Origin: Candidatus Nitrospinota bacterium M3_3B_026
GTDB lineage: Bacteria > Nitrospinota_A > UBA7883 > JBPRGF01
DNA length: 64,000 nt
Direction: 5' to 3'
Assembly (NCBI GenBank): GCA_051418015.1
Contig: JBPRGF010000023.1
Location: forward strand, 1 to 64,000
Shown: piece after piece, positions 29,401-37,394 of the stretch
Position numbering within the stretch: position 1 is the first letter of the stretch
Layout of the letters: the number at the start of each line of letters is the position of its first letter
Made by a program: the position numbers and the translations under genes
Notes under the pieces: model-generated
What the model was told of the DNA's origin: nothing
Seen by the model: only the letters and a program-made list of their open reading frames with translations
The model's database searches: none

Positions 29401-31528
29401 CCAGGTAGACCTTGATCCTCCTCCGCCAGTTCGGGTATCCTTCCACGGCGCCGGGCATGTTCACCTGGTCACGCGACCCGAACAGGTCCTCGAGCTGCGT
29501 GAGCGCCACCTTCGACGGCGTCCGCGCAAGGTAGGCGTGAACCGCCAGGGCAAGCTCCGGCGTCATCCTGGGCGTCGCGCCGGGATCGAGGTCCATCCCC
29601 TCGGGCAAAAGCCCCTCCCGCTCGAGCGCCACCAGGAGCCTGGCCCTCTCCCGCGCCCGTTCAACGGTCTGGTTCTCGCGCTGCTCGATGGCGGGGAAAA
29701 GATCGAGCTCGGAACGGACGGCCAGGTCGCGCCCCTCCCAGTATCCGGCCAGCGTCGGCAGGTCGTGGGTCGTGACGGCGGCCACGGCCTTTTCCGGGTA
29801 ATCCCCCGGCTGTTTGAAGGCGCCCTCACCGTCCTTTTCGAAATAGAACAGGCGGTAAGACAGCGCTCCCGCCTGGTCCATCGCCTCCCGCACCTCCACC
29901 GGCACGGTGCCAAGGTCCTCGCCGACGATCAGGCACTCCCGTCTCCGGCTTTCAAGGGCCAGTATCCCCATAAGGTCGCCGAAAGGATATGCGACATACG
30001 CCCCGTCGGCCGGTTTCCCGCCCGGCGGTATCCAGAAAAGACGCATCAGCCCCATCACGTGGTCCACCCTCAACGCGCCGGAGCTTGCCATGTTGCTTCG
30101 CAGCGTGGCGATGAACGGCTCATAGGCCGCCTCCTTGAGCCGCGCCGGGATCATCGGCGGCAGGCCCCAGTCCTGCCCGTTCAAGTTGAAATCGTCCGGC
30201 GGCGCCCCTACTCCCGCCCCGGTGGCGTATATGTCCTGGTTCGCCCAGGCCTCCGCGCCGCCGCGATCCACGCTCACGGCAAGGTCCTGGAAAAGACCCA
30301 CCCCGAGACGGCTTTCCATGGAGGCGCGCCCCACCGCCTCCAGCTGGAGCCTGGCCTGCCACTGAAGGTATTGGTAAAACTCCACCCTGCCGCGCCGCTG
30401 TTCGGCGAAACGGGCCACAGCCTGCGACGAAGGGGAGCGATACTCCTCCGGCCACACCGGCCAGCCCCACACGCTCTCGTCCTCGTCGTGGAAGCTTTCC
30501 TGCAAAGCCTCGAACAGCGCGTGGCGATAGAGGGCCTCGCCGCCTTCGGCCTGGAATCTTCTGAACTCGCGGCCACGCTCGTCCTCGGGCGAGAGACGGC
30601 GCTTTGCGAACTCGCGGAACAGCGCCTCCAGGACGGGCTTTTTCAGCGCCATCACCGCCGCGTAGTCCACGAGGTCGCCCCGCCTGACGGCGCGCAGCCT
30701 GCTCTGGAAATCCGTCGCGCGGGTCATCCGCCGCGCCTCCTGGCATCCGCCGAACTCCGCGATCGCCTCCACGTCCAGGTACAGGACGTTCAGGAACATC
30801 CTGCTGGAGGGCCCATAGGGACTGCAGGCGTTCGGATTGTGAGGGAAAAGGGAGTGCAGCGGGTTCACCCCCACGATGTCCGCGCCAAGCCCGCCCGCCT
30901 GGTCCACGAGGTTCCTGAGATCCGTGTAGTCGCCGATCCCCCAGTTCCGGCGGGATCGCAGGGAGTACAGTTGCGCCATCGGCCCCCACACCCGCCCCTC
31001 GCCCTCCAGCGCCGGGGGGGTGTAGCAGGTCTCCGGGGCCACGATCAGCCTCATGGCCGCTGATACGCCGCCGCCCGTTATCTCCAGCGTGTGATATCCA
31101 AGGCCCGGACTCCCTCCCAGGATGAAGACGCGGCGGCTGTACGAGACACCGTCGAAAACAGCCCGGCCTGTCTCCTCCAGATCGCCGGGGCGTAACGTCC
31201 CCCCCGTCTCACCAGCGTCCTCGCGGAAGAGCTTCCAGGAAAGAGCGCCGCCGAGGGCGCTTTCGGGCAGGGAGACGGGGAAGCGGAGTGGGAATGCGGT
31301 CTCCCTCTCCACGATGACCGGCGGCAGGGGGCGCGTCCACTGTTTTTTCTCCTCCATGGCGAGGGTCTCCGCCTGCCGCCTCTCGTCCTCGACAGGCAGG
31401 CCCATGGCCCCAAGCAACGCCTTCTTCGTCTCCTGGGAGACGGCGTGGCGTTGGCCCCATATGTCTGTGTATTCGGGGAGTATCCCGAAAAGCTCCGCCA
31501 GCCTGTCCAGGGCGTCCTGTCCGTTCAT
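26396..31528 (-). CDS. malQ-treY: Fused 4-alpha-glucanotransferase (MalQ, GH77) and malto-oligosyltrehalose synthase (TreY, GH13)
   Basis: N-half QLYSLRS..NWGIGD, GAPPD, LRVDHVMG, GEDLG, TTHDLPT; C-half YRLQ, HGYDV, DIVPNH, NYRRFFDIN, LRIDHPDGL, GTTGYEF, LVDPDNR; start ATG 31528 overlaps treZ stop. Confidence 0.95.
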   Translation of the reverse strand: MNGQDALDRLAELFGILPEYTDIWGQRHAVSQETKKALLGAMGLPVEDERRQAETLAMEEKKQWTRPLPPVIVERETAFPLRFPVSLPESALGGALSWKLFREDAGETGGTLRPGDLEETGRAVFDGVSYSRRVFILGGSPGLGYHTLEITGGGVSAAMRLIVAPETCYTPPALEGEGRVWGPMAQLYSLRSRRNWGIGDYTDLRNLVDQAGGLGADIVGVNPLHSLFPHNPNACSPYGPSSRMFLNVLYLDVEAIAEFGGCQEARRMTRATDFQSRLRAVRRGDLVDYAAVMALKKPVLEALFREFAKRRLSPEDERGREFRRFQAEGGEALYRHALFEALQESFHDEDESVWGWPVWPEEYRSPSSQAVARFAEQRRGRVEFYQYLQWQARLQLEAVGRASMESRLGVGLFQDLAVSVDRGGAEAWANQDIYATGAGVGAPPDDFNLNGQDWGLPPMIPARLKEAAYEPFIATLRSNMASSGALRVDHVMGLMRLFWIPPGGKPADGAYVAYPFGDLMGILALESRRRECLIVGEDLGTVPVEVREAMDQAGALSYRLFYFEKDGEGAFKQPGDYPEKAVAAVTTHDLPTLAGYWEGRDLAVRSELDLFPAIEQRENQTVERARERARLLVALEREGLLPEGMDLDPGATPRMTPELALAVHAYLARTPSKVALTQLEDLFGSRDQVNMPGAVEGYPNWRRRIKVYLEDFPDDERTAQTAAMFVREGRKPRPAPEPPKAVIPRAVYRLQMSRDFTFASAAELLPYLDSLGASHVYMSPVLKARPGSAHGYDVVDHDSLNPEIGSREDFSRLADALEERGMGLILDIVPNHMGVMGADNAWWLDTLENGQASLYADFFDIDWSPVKQELRGKILVPVLAEHYGALLEKGALKLVFDAEEGSFSVFYHEHRFPIDPREYPRILYRRMETLAARLGEDSGLLEQFQSLVTALSKLPDRSASGRRMRDERSRDKEIHKKRLAGLAASSPEIRAHVEESVAELNGNPGEPDSFRGLHHLLEAQAWRLAYWRVAADEINYRRFFDINDLAGLRTENEKVFDATHGLMLEFVRSGGVHGLRIDHPDGLYDPLGYLRLLLGKAAAALTEGRTGGREEVMPVYLVVEKILASYERLPEDWPIHGTTGYEFACALNGLFVDPASEKALSRVYNRFTGEKRALEEVIYQSKKTVMRMSMASELNVLANQLSRLSEMDWKTRDFTLNGLRDALAELVACFPVYRTYVTEDGASDSDKSYVDWAAAQAVKRNPGADATVYGFIRDTLLLNLPEGAGDEYKKSAVRFAMRFQQYTAPVMAKGVEDTAFYRYNRLVSLNEVGADPGRLGSSPASFHRAMQERARSWPHALSLLSSHDTKRGEDARARINVLSETPEEWGRALTRFKRLNRAKKTRLDGRPAPSADDEYLFYQALLGAWPPGEADEKRLASLRERMKGYMLKAAREAKTATSWANPSAEYEAALESFIDAALAPEDKNPFLREFLPFQRRVSRLGFFNSLSQTLLKLTAPGTPDIYQGCELWNLALVDPDNRGLVDYGKRRAMLERIKGIAALPADALAGEVLGLLDAVEDGGAKMYITFRALSLRRDFYDLFKDGEYIPLAVEGEGEGRLIAFARRLGGSVAIAAVGRFFASLPDPPVGQAAWEGTWIRLPADLGVGNLVNALTGEPLAVEEMWGEPSLAVPAVFKSLPVALLRGDADGKKKT

Positions 31529-33381
31529 GACGGCTCTTCCGGCGGCTTCAGGAGGAACAACGCCACGGACCACGGGGAAGCGTATCCCTCCGCCAGCGCC
31601 TCTTGCGCCTTTTCGCCGAAGATGTAAAGCGTCCTCGCGTTCCGGCGCGTCTCCATGGGCGCGGCCTCATCGTTGAGATTGGCCATCAGCTCGAAGGCGG
31701 CCCCATCTTCGAAGGCCCAGTAGACCAGCGCCGCCCCCGGCGGAGAGGTTTTGTAACGGGCGCTCGTGATTCGCGATTTTCCGAGCCTTGGGACTATCTC
31801 TCTTTTGCGGATATCGAGCAGCTCCCGGTGGAACTGCATCCATTCCCTGGCCTCTTCAGTCTCCGTCTCGGCCCAGTCCAGAGTCGAATCGAGGAACGTC
31901 TTCTCGATGTTAGGGTCCGGGATGCGCCCTCGGACTTTCGGATCGGAGAACTCCGGGAAACGCGAGAATTCCTCCCGCCTGCCCCTGGCCACGCTTTCGG
32001 CAAGCTCCGGACCGAAGTCGCAGAAGAACAGGAAAGGCTTCCGGCATCCCCACTCCTGTCCCATGAAGAGCAACGGCGGCGAGGGGGAAAGCAGGACAAC
32101 AGCCGTGGCGGCGCGGACGGCCTCCATGGAGGCGAGGCTCGTTATCCGCTCCCCGAATGCGCGGTTGCCCACCTGGTCATGGTTCTGCAAAAAGGAGACG
32201 AAAGCCTGCGGGGGCAGATGAGCGCTGGGCTCTCCCCGTCTTTCCCCGCCACGGTAGGCCGATGGTTCGCCCTGGTAGTCAAACCCCTCGGCAAGGCACC
32301 GGCCGAGGCGGCGGGCGGGGGCGTCGGCGTAGTCGGCGTAATATCCTCCCGCCTCGCCCGTGGTTAGAACGTGGAGGACATGGTGAACGTCGTCGTTCCA
32401 CTGGGCCGTGTAAAGTCGCGGGCGCCCGGCGCCGTCGCGCTCAATGTATCGGGCGGCGTTGTTGTCGTTCTCGAGGACGAGGTGGACGAGCCTGCTAGCG
32501 CCCGGACCTTCGCGGACGACGCGGGCTATCTCCTCCAGGATGTCGGGGCTGGAGTCGTCCTTTATGGCGTGGACGGCGTCGAGGCGCAGCCCGTCGAAGT
32601 TATACTCCGTGAGCCAGTAAAGGGCGTTGTCCACGAAAAACCGGCGGGGCCAACGGCTGTCCTTTCCATCGAAGTTTATCGCGTCGCCCCACGGGGTTTT
32701 ATGGCGGCTCGTGAAGAACGCCGGGGCATATGAGCGAAGATAGTTGCCCTCCGGCCCGAAATGATTATAGACCACGTCCAGGAAGACCATGAGGCCCATC
32801 TCGTGGGCGGTCTGGATGAACTCTTTCAAATCGTCGGGCGTCCCGTACCGCGCCTCCGGGGCGAAGATGTAGACTCCGTCGTAGCCCCAGCCCCGCGTCC
32901 CCGGAAAGTCGGCCACGGGCATAAGCTCCACCGCCGTGACGCCCAGATCGGCGAGGCGGCCCAGCTTCTCCTTCGCCGCGGCGAACGTCCCCTCAGGCGT
33001 AAAAGTCCCCACGTGCATCTCATATATAACCGCCTCCTCGAAAGGCCGCCCCGTCCAACTCCCGTCGCGCCATTCGAAACGGGCGGGATCGATCATCTGG
33101 CTGTCGCCGTGGACATCGTCAGGCTGGTATCGCGAGGCGGGGTCGGGGACCTTCAGCCCGCCGTCGATGATGAAGGAGTATCGCGAGCCATGCGAGGCCA
33201 GGTCTGTGGTAATGGTTTTCCATCCGTCCCCCTCGGCCGTCATGGGCAGTTTTTCCGTCTCGCCGCCCGCGGCCAGAGCGAGCTCCACCTTCTCCGCCGC
33301 CGGAGCCCAGAGGCGGAACCGGACGGCGCCGTCCTGCTCCACCCGCGCTCCGAAGGACATATCGAAAGCGCGTCTTGTCAT
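31525..33381 (-). CDS. treZ: Malto-oligosyltrehalose trehalohydrolase
   Basis: FRLWAP, PDPASRYQP..VHG, YEMHVGTF, WGYDG, DGLRLDAVH, QNHDQVGNR. Confidence 0.96.
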   Translation of the reverse strand: MTRRAFDMSFGARVEQDGAVRFRLWAPAAEKVELALAAGGETEKLPMTAEGDGWKTITTDLASHGSRYSFIIDGGLKVPDPASRYQPDDVHGDSQMIDPARFEWRDGSWTGRPFEEAVIYEMHVGTFTPEGTFAAAKEKLGRLADLGVTAVELMPVADFPGTRGWGYDGVYIFAPEARYGTPDDLKEFIQTAHEMGLMVFLDVVYNHFGPEGNYLRSYAPAFFTSRHKTPWGDAINFDGKDSRWPRRFFVDNALYWLTEYNFDGLRLDAVHAIKDDSSPDILEEIARVVREGPGASRLVHLVLENDNNAARYIERDGAGRPRLYTAQWNDDVHHVLHVLTTGEAGGYYADYADAPARRLGRCLAEGFDYQGEPSAYRGGERRGEPSAHLPPQAFVSFLQNHDQVGNRAFGERITSLASMEAVRAATAVVLLSPSPPLLFMGQEWGCRKPFLFFCDFGPELAESVARGRREEFSRFPEFSDPKVRGRIPDPNIEKTFLDSTLDWAETETEEAREWMQFHRELLDIRKREIVPRLGKSRITSARYKTSPPGAALVYWAFEDGAAFELMANLNDEAAPMETRRNARTLYIFGEKAQEALAEGYASPWSVALFLLKPPEEPS

Positions 33382-33424
33382 GCCGCCGCCACGCGCGCCG
33401 GCCCCGCTTCCGTCCGGCGATGTC

Positions 33425-34669
33425 TCATCCCAGCTCGATCCTGTCCTGGGCCATGTGCGTCAGGCCGACTATGAGGGTAAGGTACTCGCGCAGATGCCGG
33501 GTCAGCAGAAAGTTATCCCGGACAAAATCCTTCGCCTTGGCGCCGATGCTCTCGAGCGTCTGGCGCCTGCGCAGAAGATACCGTATCCGCATCGCCGCCC
33601 CCTCGGGGGTATTCACCAGGAAGCCGGTGTGATGGTTGATGACCTGCAGGCGGATGCCGCCCGTGTCCCCGCCGATGACCGGCTTGCCCTTCCACATCGC
33701 CTCCGCCACTGTCAGGCCGAACCCCTCCCTGGTCGATTTCTGCAGGACGATGTCCGCCACGCGCTGCAACGCGTTTATGGTCCGGTGCTCGTCCGGGGCG
33801 AGCAGCAGGACGTGGACATCCGGATCCTCCGCCGCCGCGGCGAGCGCCTCTTGGTATACCGCCTCCCCTTCCGGGTCGTCGGTGGCCCCTCCCCCGGCGA
33901 GGACGAGCTGCAGCGAGGGGATGTGTTTCGTGGCCATGCGGTAGGCGCGGATCACTCCCAGGGGGTCCTTGAACCTGTCGTAGCGGGAGACCTGGAGGAT
34001 TATGGGCCTTTCCGGGTCCAGGCCGAACCGCTCGTAAACGGCGGCCGTCTCGGCCTCCGGCAGGTCTATATTCTTCTCGCTCAGCGGGTCTATGCTGGGC
34101 GGGACAAGATACTCGGGGCTCGGCAGCGCCTGGGCGAAGGCGGCCAGGGAGAAGATGCTGGCGTCGTAACCCGCGACGAAATCGCGAAGATATCTCCAGA
34201 CGGGGCGATACGGCCTGCTGATGTCTATGTGGCAGCGCCAGATCCATTTGCCTTTCCTGTCCGGTACAAGCTTTCGCAACGGGGCGGGCTGGGGGTCGTG
34301 TATGAACACCATGTCCGCCTCCCTGAGGGAGTCCCTTAGCCTTTCGGCGTTTTCGGCGTTGGTTTTCTCGTAGTTTTCGAACTGCCTGTCGGGGATCATT
34401 ATCTGCGCGCCTTGCAGGCCGTTGTGCATGTTCTTGGTGCACTCGTAGAACTCCCCTTCGCCGGAGATCACCTCCCAGCTTGCGTCGAGGCCCAGCTCTT
34501 TCATCAGCGGGACCAGCTTGTTCAATATCTCCGCCACGCCCCCGCCGACCCGGGTGGAGTTGACATGAACCACCTTCATTCCCTTCAAGGGCATCGCCAG
34601 CTGGTAGAGATGGTCTATCACGTCCTCGCCGGCGACCTCGGCGTAGGCTTCAAGCATGGAGCTTGTCAT
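33425..34669 (-). CDS. treT: Trehalose synthase, GT4 glycosyltransferase (TreT family)
   Basis: HVNSTRVGGGVAEIL, IHDPQP, WRCHID, SRYDRFKDP, KSTREGFGLTVAEAMWK. Confidence 0.92.
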   Translation of the reverse strand: MTSSMLEAYAEVAGEDVIDHLYQLAMPLKGMKVVHVNSTRVGGGVAEILNKLVPLMKELGLDASWEVISGEGEFYECTKNMHNGLQGAQIMIPDRQFENYEKTNAENAERLRDSLREADMVFIHDPQPAPLRKLVPDRKGKWIWRCHIDISRPYRPVWRYLRDFVAGYDASIFSLAAFAQALPSPEYLVPPSIDPLSEKNIDLPEAETAAVYERFGLDPERPIILQVSRYDRFKDPLGVIRAYRMATKHIPSLQLVLAGGGATDDPEGEAVYQEALAAAAEDPDVHVLLLAPDEHRTINALQRVADIVLQKSTREGFGLTVAEAMWKGKPVIGGDTGGIRLQVINHHTGFLVNTPEGAAMRIRYLLRRRQTLESIGAKAKDFVRDNFLLTRHLREYLTLIVGLTHMAQDRIELG

Positions 34670-35361
34670 CGTCCCTCCCCGAAATAGTCCGTGAATATGG
34701 ACGCGATCTGCTCGCGCAGCTGAACCAGGGTCACAAAATAGGGGTCCACGTCCGCCAGCCGGGCGATGAGGTCCGAGTACTTGTCCCCCCAGCCTTCAAG
34801 CCACGCGCGGAAATCGTCGATCCCTTCCGGGGGGCGGCGGCGGGAGTCTATGAAATGGTAAAAGACGCTGCTTGTGGACATATGGGAGACCGCATCGCCC
34901 AGGTTCTCGGGACGGTCTATACTCTTTTTCGTGTCGAAGACGACGATCTGCGAGCGGATGAACTCGAACTGCCTGTCGATGTGCGCCCAGGTCAGAAACT
35001 CCGTTTCGTCCAGCCGCTCCTCGATGATCTCCAGCATCTCGAGGCGCAGCTCGTCCATGTCGGAGTATTCGGACGGGTCTATGGCGGAAAGTCTCTCGCC
35101 GAGCTTGAAGTCCCGCGCCTCGTGGCGGACCCATTCGGCGAAGTCGTTATGATACTCCCTCTCCTCGAACCCCGGGCGCAACAGGCCGCCCCAGAAGTGA
35201 AAATAGACGCTGCTAGGATCGACGGTCTGCAGGTGGAGCCGAAGCTCCTTGAGGTTCTGCGCCTTCCTGCCCGTGGCGATGGCGATGAGGGCGCAGTCCC
35301 TGATGGTGAACGAACCCGCGCCGTCCTCCGTTCCGCCCGTTTCGGCGTTCGCGTCACTCAT
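34666..35361 (-). CDS. DUF5752-like protein (TreT-associated)
   Basis: Two internal repeats S.YFHF...NDF.EW and SVFYHF...DDF.AW; overlaps treT start. Confidence 0.8.
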   Translation of the reverse strand: MSDANAETGGTEDGAGSFTIRDCALIAIATGRKAQNLKELRLHLQTVDPSSVYFHFWGGLLRPGFEEREYHNDFAEWVRHEARDFKLGERLSAIDPSEYSDMDELRLEMLEIIEERLDETEFLTWAHIDRQFEFIRSQIVVFDTKKSIDRPENLGDAVSHMSTSSVFYHFIDSRRRPPEGIDDFRAWLEGWGDKYSDLIARLADVDPYFVTLVQLREQIASIFTDYFGEGR

Positions 35362-35510
35362 GGCCCACCACGCTCATGGCGTCATTATAAACCCTGACGC
35401 CCATATTTTAAGAGGTAAAAATTTCCCTGCCGCATGGGCGCGCCTTCAAAGCCCGGGGCCAGGCGCCTAAAACGCCGGATGACGCGGCGGCGCTGTGTTA
35501 AACTTTAGCC

Positions 35511-36314
35511 TTGGAAACCACCCCCTCGGGGGCAGCCGAAACGAAGAGCGAACGACGAATGGGATTATTCCAGCCGAGGCCTGGCGGCGCCAGGCTGAGT
35601 CCGGCTGTTGTCAAATTCATCATATTCTTGTTTTTTGCCTTGGCCGTCGCGGCGGCGTTCAAATACACGGACATTGGATACTACTTCAGCAGGGAATTCA
35701 TTGAAAAGACGCTCGACCGCCTCGGCGTCTGGGCGCCGGCGGGGTTTGTGTTGATATACGCCGTGGGTACCACCCTGGGCGTTCCGGGGACCATCATGAC
35801 CATTCTCGGGGGAGTTCTGTTCGGCAGCCTGTTGGGGACGGTCCTGGTCGTTATAGGGGCCACTACAGGGGCCTGTTGCGCCTTCCTGGTCGCCCGGTTC
35901 CTGGCCAGGGATTTCATCGCGGAGAGATTCGGCTCGGCGCCGTGGTTCAAGAGGCTCGACCGGGGGATAAAAGAAGAGGGGATATATTTCATCCTCTTCG
36001 TCCGCCTAGTGCCGATATTCCCCTTCAACGGGCTCAACTTCGCCACGGGGCTCACCAACGTGAGGTTTCGCGACTATCTTTTGGGCACCTTCCTGGGGAT
36101 CATCCCCGCAAGCTTCATATTCGTGAACGCCGCCGCCCAGGCCGCCGAGGCCGCCGCGGGGGAGAGGGTAGGCCCCGGTCTTTTCGTCTCCCTTGCGCTT
36201 TTGGGGATGTTGGCGCTTGTCCCCGTGGCTTACAAGAGATACAAAGGCGCGGGGGATCATCGGGAGGGGGGCGGCCCCGATAGTGAAAGTTTTTCGGATA
36301 GGAAAGGCAAATGA
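35511..36314 (+). CDS. TVP38/TMEM64 (DedA/SNARE-associated) membrane protein
   Basis: VPGTIMTILGGVLFG, RLVPIFPFNGLNF..GLT, GIIP; start uncertain. Confidence 0.9.
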   Translation: METTPSGAAETKSERRMGLFQPRPGGARLSPAVVKFIIFLFFALAVAAAFKYTDIGYYFSREFIEKTLDRLGVWAPAGFVLIYAVGTTLGVPGTIMTILGGVLFGSLLGTVLVVIGATTGACCAFLVARFLARDFIAERFGSAPWFKRLDRGIKEEGIYFILFVRLVPIFPFNGLNFATGLTNVRFRDYLLGTFLGIIPASFIFVNAAAQAAEAAAGERVGPGLFVSLALLGMLALVPVAYKRYKGAGDHREGGGPDSESFSDRKGK

Positions 36315-36327
36315 ATGGAGGAGCGAT

Positions 36328-37266
36328 ATGTATGACCTCGTAATCATCGGAGGGGGGCCGGCCGGGATAACGGCCGCCATTTACGCCATGAGGGCGCGGC
36401 TGAAGACCGTGGTGGTGGAGAAGCTGGGCGTCGGAGGGCAGATAGCGTTGTCGGACATAATAGAAAACTACCCCGGGTTTCCATCCCTCTCCGGCATGGA
36501 TCTGATGAAGCACTTCGAGGACCACGCCAAGAACGTGGAGACGGAGTTTTTGTTCACCGAGGTCGCCGGGATCGAGGCGGACGGTGACAAGAGGATCATC
36601 CGAACCTCCAAGGAGCCGCTGGAGACAAAGTCCGTGATAATCTGCTCCGGCGCCGAGCCGAAAAGGCTCGGGTTCAAGGGAGAGATGGAGTACGCCGGGC
36701 GGGGGATATCGAACTGCGGCACCTGCGACGGGCCGTTTTACAGGAACAAGCCGGTGGCCGTTATAGGCGGCGGCGACACGGCGGTCAAGGAATCGATATA
36801 CCTCTCCAGGCTGGCGAGCAAGGTCTACCACGTCCACAGGCGCGACAGGCTCCGCGCCGAAAAGATTCTGCAGGAGAGGATCCAGGGCCGCGACAACATA
36901 GAGTTCGTCTGGAAGAGCGTGGCCGAGGAAGCGCTCGGCGACGAGTCGGGCGTGACGGGGCTGAGGGTGAAAAACGTGGATACGGGCGAAATGCGGGACC
37001 TGGCCGTATACGGCATTTTTGTCTTCGTCGGCATAAAGCCGAACACCGGCTTCATAGACGTGGACAAAGACGAGCAGGGCTTCATCAAGGTCAACGAGAA
37101 CATGGAGACTTCCATGCCCGGCGTGTTCGCCGCGGGCGACTGCCGGGTGACTCCCCTGCGCCAGGTGGCCACGGCGGTGGGCGACGCGGCCATAGCGGCC
37201 TACAAGGCAGAGGAGTACGTCTCCGAGCTTGAAGGCCGGGCCTACGAGAAGACGCCGGGGGCCTGA
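36328..37266 (+). CDS. trxB: Thioredoxin-disulfide reductase
   Basis: IIGGGPAG, ENYPG, CGTCDG redox motif, GGGDTA, VFAAGD; ATG 36328 after GGAGG. Confidence 0.97.
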   Translation: MYDLVIIGGGPAGITAAIYAMRARLKTVVVEKLGVGGQIALSDIIENYPGFPSLSGMDLMKHFEDHAKNVETEFLFTEVAGIEADGDKRIIRTSKEPLETKSVIICSGAEPKRLGFKGEMEYAGRGISNCGTCDGPFYRNKPVAVIGGGDTAVKESIYLSRLASKVYHVHRRDRLRAEKILQERIQGRDNIEFVWKSVAEEALGDESGVTGLRVKNVDTGEMRDLAVYGIFVFVGIKPNTGFIDVDKDEQGFIKVNENMETSMPGVFAAGDCRVTPLRQVATAVGDAAIAAYKAEEYVSELEGRAYEKTPGA

Positions 37267-37394
37267 ACAGGCGGCCAGGGCAAAAGGGAGATGGCGAAAC
37301 GCGCTTGGATGGATTTTCGGATGCGCTTGAGCGGGTTTGAAAACGGACAGGCCTTTTTCCCTCGCGGCGCCCTCCCTCCGGGAGGAGGGGCAGG

